Shown in pieces: positions 19,035 to 28,000 of a DNA stretch of 64,000 nt. Source of the DNA: a virus. The position numbers and the translations under genes were made by a program. The stretch spans positions 11,066-75,065 of IMG/VR virus record IMGVR_UViG_3300033064_003457. One strand, given 5' to 3'. The notes under the pieces are model-generated. The model made no database searches and was not told the origin of the DNA. It saw only the letters and a list, made by a program, of their open reading frames with translations. Numbering within the stretch: position 1 is the first letter of the stretch; every line of letters begins with the position of its first letter.

Positions 19035-20339
19035 TTATAGGTTAAATACCCCTGATGGATAAGAAGAATAAAAATAACCAGAATGTATATCTAGATACCA
19101 AGAAAAACCACTTATTCCAGGGTTCCAAACTTCTCTTGCTTGTTCCTTCACCCATAAATCATCGTTGTCCCCAATTCCAGGACTTTGCCACTTTTCATAT
19201 AGACCACTAGCATCAGGATCCCAAATATGAGGCAAATAAGAGTATCCTATTCCTTCTTCATCTACGCTATCCCAATACCCCTCATCTGCTATTATGTTGC
19301 CCCAGAATATAGGGTTTCTAGAATACACTTCAGATACATATGTCTCTAGTGGTGTATTTATAGCATTGTTATCTTCATTTAATAAATTTCCAGAATAATT
19401 TGGGTTAGCTAAATCATCTAATTTCTCTATAGTTATATCACTGTAGGTTAACCCAAGCTCTCTAGCTATCCCATATTTTAAGCCAGCATATGTTGCACTA
19501 GCCGGATTCTGATATACGTCTGATAGCCTATCTTTGTAATCACTATTGTTTTCTCCATAGTTTCTTTCAAGCCCTAGCAATAGTCCTAGCTCATCAAAAT
19601 AGTTCCATACGTTAAATGCCTCTGTGGTAGCAACTATAAGATTGATTGTAGCGCTTACGATATCGCTCACAATGCCCGACGTAGATCCAACTACGGATGA
19701 TATTGCTTCTATATAGTTATCTCCACTTACTAGTGGCATATTGTACTGCCATATTACCCCAGAAATTCCATTAGGGTAGCTAGCTTCGCTCCAATCTCCG
19801 TCATTATTTCGTATAAAAACATGCAATGATGTCTCTTTAGTGCCAGTTATTAATTGCCAGAAATCATCAGCAGGAGAAGTAACTGTATCTATTGTAGGCG
19901 GGTAAGGACTACTTACAAATAGATTAAACTCATAAACATCAGACCAACTAGAATAGTTTAGTCCGTCATATGATCTTATTCTAGCATAATGAAGTCCCTC
20001 GCGAGAGAGTTGGCTTTCGGTTGGCAATAGATATGTCTGGTCCTCAGCCGAAAATCCATCTAAGTCTATGTCTGGATTAGAAAAATCATTAGCCCCAAAG
20101 TTTATTTGCAGCTGATATGTTATTACATCTGAATCAGAAGCAGATATGTTCCATGTAAATGTAGGGTCAACCCAGCTTATAGTATATGTGCCACTCACTA
20201 ACTCTGCACTTTGTATCGCTAAAGATGTCGGCGTTGGCGCTGGATAATCAATTCCATACTTAGCTCCAGAGCCATAGCCTACATTGTTATATTTGTTTGT
20301 AGATGTGCTGTAATATCCGTAAGAATAAGACCGAGCCAT
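19035..20339 (-). CDS. Baseplate wedge-like protein with FN3/Ig-like N-terminal domains
   Basis: PTFTW...YQLQI...YARIRSYDG...WS (FN3-like); FDELGLLLGLER...DYKDRL (wedge-like). Confidence 0.6.
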   Translation of the reverse strand: MARSYSYGYYSTSTNKYNNVGYGSGAKYGIDYPAPTPTSLAIQSAELVSGTYTISWVDPTFTWNISASDSDVITYQLQINFGANDFSNPDIDLDGFSAEDQTYLLPTESQLSREGLHYARIRSYDGLNYSSWSDVYEFNLFVSSPYPPTIDTVTSPADDFWQLITGTKETSLHVFIRNNDGDWSEASYPNGISGVIWQYNMPLVSGDNYIEAISSVVGSTSGIVSDIVSATINLIVATTEAFNVWNYFDELGLLLGLERNYGENNSDYKDRLSDVYQNPASATYAGLKYGIARELGLTYSDITIEKLDDLANPNYSGNLLNEDNNAINTPLETYVSEVYSRNPIFWGNIIADEGYWDSVDEEGIGYSYLPHIWDPDASGLYEKWQSPGIGDNDDLWVKEQAREVWNPGISGFSWYLDIHSGYFYSSYPSGVFNL

Positions 20340-20350
20340 TATCTAACCCC

Positions 20351-21511
20351 TTATGTTATGCTTACCACGATTCCACTTTCTACTTTAATTGTTTTTCCGT
20401 CTGTAGTTGTAAAGCTACCATTAGCCCCTGTACTGGCCCCAGTAGTATACTGAGCAGCATACATTGTATCAAAACTACCAGTATCAAAAGTAACTGCTTG
20501 GCTACCAACTGTTCTTAATCCGCTAGCCTCAGGCATGATATTGCCACTAGCAGTAGCACTACCTTGTAGGAATATATCATTGCTTAACTCAAACTGATCA
20601 TCAGTATTGTTCCACCTTAGCCATTCACCATCAAACGTGTCATTATAGAAATAATACCATGAGTCAGAGTTAGGACCATCAGAATTTACTCCCATCCAGA
20701 CACCACTACAAGATATTTCTTCTGCCCATACCCTGTTTGTGTCCACCAATTCTCTAACGCTGATACTACCAGGGACATCGAGGTCTCCAACAAGCAGATC
20801 ATTGATATCAACCCCATGAGGATTGGTATCTGACTGGGCTACCCCACCGCGAGAATCTATATGCCCTTGTACGCTGGCAGGGGTACACGAACCAGGTGGA
20901 GTAACAAATATTGAATCTGCAAAATGTGCAGCATTATGATTGTCTTGATGAGTCTTAATGTCTAGTATCGTAGGCGCTCCAGACGCAAGCCAGTTATCAC
21001 CCATTATATCGTTGCTTATTCCATCTGGCACTATTGATCTGGACGATATCCTGTGTCCATCAAATCCACTCGCAGCTATTCTCTGCTCCATGGTGTTTAA
21101 TCTACCACCTACGGTAGGCCAGCCAGCCTTAAGGTTTATCCCTAATTCTGTTTCTACATTTTCTATCTCTGTTTGGAGTTCATTAACGTGTTCAGCCATT
21201 ATGTCATCACCAAGAGTAGTATACCTAGCCTCTATGGCAGAACCTAAATCCGTCGAATAAAAAGTTACTTTACCATCATCGTAATCTACTAAAAATTGTC
21301 CTGCTGCGGTTGGAGTAGAAAGTACCTCTGTCCATTCAGCGCCGCCAGATGCAAAGACATGTGTTGTATCAACATCCTTTGGTACATGGTCAAGATACAT
21401 TGTGTACGGCGATGATAATGGTACGTTAAAATACTCTCCACTTACATACCACCCGCTTGCACTCTTATCTATTTTAGTAGTGTAAGTTGGAATGTCTGCG
21501 GGATAACCCAT
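20351..21511 (-). CDS. Tail fibre/baseplate-attached structural protein
   Basis: IMAEHVNELQ coiled coil, NPHGV motif, C-terminal GSFTTTDGKTIKVESGIVVSI. Confidence 0.65.
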   Translation of the reverse strand: MGYPADIPTYTTKIDKSASGWYVSGEYFNVPLSSPYTMYLDHVPKDVDTTHVFASGGAEWTEVLSTPTAAGQFLVDYDDGKVTFYSTDLGSAIEARYTTLGDDIMAEHVNELQTEIENVETELGINLKAGWPTVGGRLNTMEQRIAASGFDGHRISSRSIVPDGISNDIMGDNWLASGAPTILDIKTHQDNHNAAHFADSIFVTPPGSCTPASVQGHIDSRGGVAQSDTNPHGVDINDLLVGDLDVPGSISVRELVDTNRVWAEEISCSGVWMGVNSDGPNSDSWYYFYNDTFDGEWLRWNNTDDQFELSNDIFLQGSATASGNIMPEASGLRTVGSQAVTFDTGSFDTMYAAQYTTGASTGANGSFTTTDGKTIKVESGIVVSIT

Positions 21512-21528
21512 TGCTTATTACCTCCTAA

Positions 21529-22503
21529 TTATGTGTTAGATATAAAAACACCCGACTGATAATTTTCTCTAAAATACACATATCGATTATCTTTGTCTAG
21601 TATAAAATAATCATGTCTTGGCTCCAAGCCATATATCCTATTTTTACCAGTATCACATAACCATATATTTTTTTCTTCGTCAATTATTATACCAGAAGGT
21701 TCATGCTCAATACCATCGGTTATTTCGAATACAGCTAGCAAATCTAACGTATCATTTCGTGGTATTTGAGTTCTTGTGCTTGTGATATTTATAAAATACT
21801 TATTGTCTAAATGTCCTACCCACCATAGCATGTGGTCAGAATAAAACATGTCTATTGGATACCCAGACCCAGTTGGAGGGTATGACTCATAGTCCCCCAT
21901 TGATTCTCTGTCTTGTTTTCTTATTCCACCATCAGCATAACACCAAGAAATATCATGCTCAACTTTCCATATGTCTATATACTTTTGACCTAAATCTATT
22001 ATACCGCTTGGTTTTGTATGCCATTCTATACTATCTACATTGGAAGCATAGTCGCCAGAACTCATAACTTCTAGCCTGGTAGGCAATACATCATAATAAA
22101 ACTCTTCTAAGTTATTTATTTCTTTCAGCCATATGTTGCTTACACCACTAGGTTCACATCCTGATGGAGCAGTTATGCACCTAAGTCCCGAAGCAGAAGC
22201 GTCAGTTAGGTTTATGTCGGAGCCTAACTTAGATCTATAGATAACATCTATCTCATCAACTGGGGCTATATCTAAGAACTTACCCTTAAACACGTCATCC
22301 ATCTTTTCTTCCAGATTTTCCAGATCTATCGCTGCCGATGAAAAAAACTGTTGGCCCCTAGACCTATTGTTGCTTCTTATATGCATCCATGGAGGAAACA
22401 TATTAGACAGCTTTTGTGTAACATGGCTTCTATAGTAACCACTAGCAGCTATGTTGTCTCCTGGGTTAACATATGTTCTATCACAACTGATTGGATAAGT
22501 CAT
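21529..22503 (-). CDS. Baseplate structural protein
   Basis: Follows baseplate J-like gene; 324 aa. Confidence 0.55.
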   Translation of the reverse strand: MTYPISCDRTYVNPGDNIAASGYYRSHVTQKLSNMFPPWMHIRSNNRSRGQQFFSSAAIDLENLEEKMDDVFKGKFLDIAPVDEIDVIYRSKLGSDINLTDASASGLRCITAPSGCEPSGVSNIWLKEINNLEEFYYDVLPTRLEVMSSGDYASNVDSIEWHTKPSGIIDLGQKYIDIWKVEHDISWCYADGGIRKQDRESMGDYESYPPTGSGYPIDMFYSDHMLWWVGHLDNKYFINITSTRTQIPRNDTLDLLAVFEITDGIEHEPSGIIIDEEKNIWLCDTGKNRIYGLEPRHDYFILDKDNRYVYFRENYQSGVFISNT

Positions 22504-22511
22504 TTGATCTC

Positions 22512-23645
22512 CTATAATATTCTAATGGCTTCTGACGAGTCTGGATTAGGGTAGAACATCTCATCCCAATATATCTCTACATTTCCTAAGAAATGAGGTT
22601 GCTCTCTAAAATAATAACAGCTCACTACATGGTCTTTTATCTTTGTGTCTACATCCATTATCTGTTGTCTAAGTTCATTCAGGATGAATTCTCCACCTAA
22701 AGGTATGTTGACTATATACTTTTCTACAGCTGTTCTTACATTGCCCCTTATGTTTGTTTTTTCAAAATCTGTTGTATTGCTTAAAAACATTAATTTGATA
22801 TCTAGATTCACTGGAACAATTGTAGGAGATATGGCGGTACCCTTTACTCCTAGCGCATGAGCGCTGTCTATAGCGTTCTGTACATTCCCTACTAAGGCGC
22901 TATTAGCAATACCCTCCACAGGTATAACTATAAGATCATATGACCCTATCCCTCTAGCGTAGGGCTTTATAACAACATCAGATACTCCAGGAACTGATAA
23001 CGCTGCCAATCTCACTGCTATCTCGTTAGCTTTCTCTGCTGCCAATGTTGCGTTAGATAATCTATACCTATAGTTTGAATCTGCTTCTGTGTCAGTACCA
23101 CTAGCTATGGCCTTGTTGTTGGTTGTATATACACCATCCACCCCAAGGTCTGTTACTATCAGTGTATTTTTGCCAACATTATATTTAGTACCCTTATCTT
23201 CTGCAATTATAGGAACATAGACTTCAGTGTCACCGACTGAAAATGCAGTATTTTCTGAAACATAAAACGTTATTACACCATCACTCGTTCTGACGTATGT
23301 GTTGGCTGGTATTATGTCCGTTGGTATTCTATCATGGAGTGTACCTGCAGTAACATAGAAACGCTGTGTATTGTCTGCCGCCCCTAGCTCTGCTTTGGCC
23401 GATACCAACCTTTGCATATTAAACATTTGTCCTATAAGATCCAAGAAGTATCCTTCTGCAGTAGAAAGAAAGCTCATGGCCATGTTAATGTCTAATACAT
23501 CATAATATTCTGCTATATTCTTATTTATAATTTCTATCAGAGATCTAGTCACTCCACCTATACTGGTATTAGTTATATCAGTATTAGTTTCTAGAAATGA
23601 TAAAGCATCTTGTACTAATTCTCCATATTCTTTTTTAAATAGCAT
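22512..23645 (-). CDS. Baseplate wedge protein, J/gp47-like
   Basis: TAEGYFLDLIG, GTKYNVG, GTDTEADSNYRYRL, ALSVPGV motifs; start placed at ATG 23645. Confidence 0.9.
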   Translation of the reverse strand: MLFKKEYGELVQDALSFLETNTDITNTSIGGVTRSLIEIINKNIAEYYDVLDINMAMSFLSTAEGYFLDLIGQMFNMQRLVSAKAELGAADNTQRFYVTAGTLHDRIPTDIIPANTYVRTSDGVITFYVSENTAFSVGDTEVYVPIIAEDKGTKYNVGKNTLIVTDLGVDGVYTTNNKAIASGTDTEADSNYRYRLSNATLAAEKANEIAVRLAALSVPGVSDVVIKPYARGIGSYDLIVIPVEGIANSALVGNVQNAIDSAHALGVKGTAISPTIVPVNLDIKLMFLSNTTDFEKTNIRGNVRTAVEKYIVNIPLGGEFILNELRQQIMDVDTKIKDHVVSCYYFREQPHFLGNVEIYWDEMFYPNPDSSEAIRIL

Positions 23646-23646
23646 T

Positions 23647-24066
23647 TTATTCTCCTGGTATATTGGTAACACCCTCTACCATGTCTAACACATAATCAGG
23701 TGTAACATTGAGTTGCTCTATCCCGTCATTAACAAAAATATAAAAAACTATTTTTTCCAGCGCCACCGGAACTCCCCTAACATATAGATCCATATTTCTA
23801 ACCATGCCATCAGCTGTTAACGAATGTACTATCTTGGATTCGCCAACCTTAGCAGTTTCTTTTGTGTTAGGTTCTCCGATTAACTCATCTATGTCTGCAC
23901 CTACATTTGGATGCGGCTCAAACTCACCATAGCTTGTTCTTACCCTAAAGGTTATATCTTGCTTAAGCACTCCTGATGCTGCTATAAGAGATAGATCACT
24001 CCCTGAGGCCAAAGATAGATCTCCGCTTGGTGTAAGACATATATCTATTTTGTCATATAGACCCAT
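23647..24066 (-). CDS. Baseplate wedge gp25/W-like sheath initiator
   Basis: GDL...LKQDIxxRVRT..GE..PHP.VGA..LIG pattern; directly before J-like gene. Confidence 0.75.
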   Translation of the reverse strand: MGLYDKIDICLTPSGDLSLASGSDLSLIAASGVLKQDITFRVRTSYGEFEPHPNVGADIDELIGEPNTKETAKVGESKIVHSLTADGMVRNMDLYVRGVPVALEKIVFYIFVNDGIEQLNVTPDYVLDMVEGVTNIPGE

Positions 24067-24076
24067 AGTTTATCTC

Positions 24077-24595
24077 CTAAGCATTAATAAATTCTGTAAA
24101 TGGTTTCATGAAATCTTTGAACATACCTATATACCCTGGTATCCTATACAAATATTGTGGCTCTACCCTATGAACATGCTTCATGCTAATAGTGTGTATA
24201 TGGCCATCTGGGGCAGGGTCTGTTATAATGGGCATTTTGCCGTCACCTATAACACTACTTATGTCTAGGCCTTGAGATCCTGCCATTTTATAGGCTACTT
24301 CCTTTACCAATGATTCTGCCATTACTGTTTCAGTATGAGTAAATAACTTATATGAGTTAGGATTCTCTGTGTATTCTGCTTTCTTAATAGACTTGCCCTT
24401 GCTGGTCATATACAAATCACCCTGTATGGTTATCCCGTTGTCACCAACCTGTATACCATTAACAAGATTTCTGCTTGTTATTGTTACATTGTCATCGTCT
24501 ATAATAACCGCAGACGCCTTTTCAGCATCTTTACTAGCTATTGCAACTTTTCCCTCGTGGGTATTAAAAAATAATCTTTCAAAATTTATACTCAT
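24077..24595 (-). CDS. Putative baseplate central spike (beta-helix with HxH tip)
   Basis: Short beta-strand repeats; C-terminal GHIH...KHVH. Confidence 0.55.
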   Translation of the reverse strand: MSINFERLFFNTHEGKVAIASKDAEKASAVIIDDDNVTITSRNLVNGIQVGDNGITIQGDLYMTSKGKSIKKAEYTENPNSYKLFTHTETVMAESLVKEVAYKMAGSQGLDISSVIGDGKMPIITDPAPDGHIHTISMKHVHRVEPQYLYRIPGYIGMFKDFMKPFTEFINA

Positions 24596-25029
24596 TATGC
24601 ACCAAGTTTTTCGTCTATCAATTCTATCTGTTGAGCCTTTATATCATCCATGTCATCCCTGTCCCATTCATCAAAAGAATTTATAAATGTCTGTGGTATA
24701 AGAAATCCTATAGAGCTTGGAGAATTGTCTTGAGGTATATTTAGCACTAAAGCATAGAACTTTTCTTTCAAATGCAAATCCCACCATCTCATCGGTCTAT
24801 TACCACATATGACATTAAACTCAACTTTTTCTGTATTGTCATCATCAGACACAAATGGTGCAACTTGCATAACCAAACCCATGCCTTTTATGTCTACTAC
24901 TTTTGTAATCCTACACACAGAAAATGGCTGGTATTTAAATAAATCATTGTCTATCTTTCCTCTTATGGCGTCTATTGGTCTCATTTGCGACTCCACCAAT
25001 CGGACAGCTTTCTTGTGAACAAAGTCCAT
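24595..25029 (-). CDS. Hypothetical baseplate protein
   Basis: 144 aa between hub and spike. Confidence 0.55.
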   Translation of the reverse strand: MDFVHKKAVRLVESQMRPIDAIRGKIDNDLFKYQPFSVCRITKVVDIKGMGLVMQVAPFVSDDDNTEKVEFNVICGNRPMRWWDLHLKEKFYALVLNIPQDNSPSSIGFLIPQTFINSFDEWDRDDMDDIKAQQIELIDEKLGA

Positions 25030-28000
25030 CTAGACTTAATATACTTGACTGTATCTCTATTGCGCAAATCGAATCTCTGCACGAATCCGTCTATAGCCTC
25101 TACTAACGTATCTTTTCTAAATCCTTCTATTCCGGCTATATATGGTCTGCCGGCGTATAGTAGTGGAGTAAAACTTATTGGCTCTCTTCTATCTACTGAT
25201 AAAGCAGATAAAGAAAATATCAATCTTGCCCATAGCTCTGGCACTTTCTGTATAGAACGGAATGGCCACATAGTCCCAGAACTAAATGGTAACATGTGCC
25301 CTAAACGAAATGGCGACATCTTTCCCAATGGTATATTTTCTAGGACTCTTAGGTTATCCATTCTCCTTGATAATGCATCAGAATATGATCCAGCCACTAG
25401 TGTTGCCCCTTTTGATAATATGTTGTTTACATAGCACACCAGATCTGGCACTATTGTAGTAACAAAACCAGTATCTCTACTAAAATGATGTGTTACTTGC
25501 TCTACCTCTACCGGCCCATACATGTCATTAAAAAAATCATTCATAAAAACAAAATCATAAGGCTTGATCGACGGATCGCCAAGTAGCGTAAGCCCACCAA
25601 CATACATCTCTCTCATCCCTAGCCATAGATTGCTTAGGGAATAAAGCCACGCCAATGTTATGTCATGAGCATTTCTTTCTGATATTTTTTGTTCCTTTAT
25701 TTTCTCTGGCCATATATCATCGTCTGCCTGAGCAGATACTGTTTCAGCTGGTCCTAATTGTCCCTTCCTCTTAGAGTTAACCCATTCACTATCGCTACCA
25801 TAACGCACAGTTGCTTTGTTATACATATATTGGTCAGAAGCAACAATATTGTTAGCGATTATATGGTGGACACTGTCCTTATAGTGATAGGTTCTTACTA
25901 ACTTTCTATATTGGTCTCTATTGTATTCTTCAGTCCTTACTGCATTGTAGTCATTCACAAGCTCTGTCTCAGTGTATATCTTTCCATTGCTATCAGAATA
26001 TCTATTTTCATTGCTTTCGTACTGTATAGATATGGTGTTTCCTTTAACGCTCCCTTTAAAGTCAAGATTCTTTCCAGACGCCAACGAATTAGATATAAAC
26101 TTCACAGCATTTATCTTTGTTAGATCGTTTTCATTCTTACTGTTAAGATTGGATAGCGCTGTAGTGTCTAAAAAGTTTATAGCATTTTCGGAAGAAGCCT
26201 GCAAGAAACTAGTTCCACCAGAGATAGAAGATACTACAGATTCTATATTTTTCTTTATTTTTTTATCGCTGGTACTATTATAAATATCTGTAAGATGGCT
26301 ACCCAATATGTTTGCGTTTTTTCTTAAATTCTGTTGTGGCACTATCTCATATTTCCCTCTAACCATAGAAAGCTCATTTATTTTTTCCTCAGGAGTGCTT
26401 GTTCTTGTATCAAAATCAAACTCCTTATATATTCTGTTTTTTCTATTTGTGTAATAGTATGTACCATCTGCTGGACCAAAGTATATTGTGGCTCTATAGT
26501 CAAATGGCAATACAGCGCTGATGTATCCTGGCATTCTTCTAGTCATATCCTGAAATACATCCCATACTGTTTTGCCCTGAGCTATAAACGTACCCTTTGC
26601 TCCACCAAATATATTGTATAAATACGTCTGTTCTGGATGGTATATATTATCATCCTTAGGGTCGTTCCGCAATTCATATAAGTGTCTAAATGCAGGAAGA
26701 TTTCTATGCCAACTTTCCCAATGGAAGTTAGATAGATCTTTATTAAGAAAACCAGCCTCTACCTTCTTGCGCAATCCAGCAACTTTTTGTTGGCTAGTAA
26801 ATTTTCCTAACCATTCCCATCTTCCAAAATGTAATAAGTGTGGGCTCTTTACTGCTTTATCTAATATCTTAAACATTGCTACCCTGAATTCTGTGTAATT
26901 GTCTTTTGATGTAGGAGTAAGTAGCTCTACTCCATATCCCTGTGCTACTATATTCATGGTATCACCAGTGCTTACCTCAGCCACCATACCATTAAATACG
27001 ATATCCAATAAATTTGGATCCGAGCTATATCCCATCTTTATCTGAATGCGTGTTCCTGGTTTTAGTATGAACTGGTCAATCCGTTGTTCTAGCGCTGTCT
27101 CTTGTTTATCTATATCAAAAGATTCTGTAGGTCCTTTCTTACGATTTTTTGTTGCCTCATCATACAAACCATAATCTGAAGAATCGAGAACACCATATGT
27201 GTTTAGCAAACTTATTACGGCAGTGTCTGCTGCTTCTTTTCTTGATTTAATTATATCTATGCTATTAATAGCTCCGTATTCATACGGATCATCATATAAC
27301 CCCCACTCCTCTGAATCCTCTTCAATGAAATATAATTTAAATGTTGGAAATGCCCTAACCATCCTTAGGTCATTATCTTTTTGTTGATCTCTTATTCTTT
27401 TTGCTATTGTACCTAAGTGTTCTTTGCTTAACCTATCATAGCTATATGTTTTTGTTATATTTGTTATTTGGCTATCGTCAATACTCCTGTCATCTCCAGC
27501 CGTAGCAATCTTTGATATTCCAATAACACTTTCAGTCTGGTCTTCTTTTGTCGATACTGGCTGACCCATTACTTCTTGTCTTTTGGCTGTATTTTTTTTT
27601 AGGTTCTCGTTGACAACCTTGGCTATAAGCATACCAAAAACCACCTTACCAACAACATATCTATCAACAACCTTCTTAAGTTTCATTAATGGACCAACAT
27701 ACGCCTCAGCATCGTTTATAAATTTTTCTTTACTATCTATATCTTCAGGTATTAGCTGTATGTCTTTGTTTTCTAGTTTTTTGGCAATATCTTTTTCGCT
27801 AGGTGCCTTTTTCTCTTTATAATTTTTATTACTGTGAAGCATCTTCTCAAAAGTATCCATGCTTCTTTTTATGGCTTTATGTAGATTCGTATCACCATCT
27901 ATCTGTTCCCATAGATATCTTTTATACATAAAAAAATCAGGATCTACATCTGACCAATCGGACTGGAGTGGTTGTCTGTCTTGCTTGCCACCCATCCCAG

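Noticed and set aside
14107-24066. Ala-Ser-Gly motifs as MIO cofactor sites
   Set aside because: MIO forms only within the ammonia-lyase/aminomutase fold. These proteins are structural, and Pro-Ser-Gly is about as frequent.
27600-27700. KKVVDRY segment of the hub protein as a deleted thermonuclease domain
   Set aside because: Resemblance is limited to a few residues and cannot be supported without homologue alignment.
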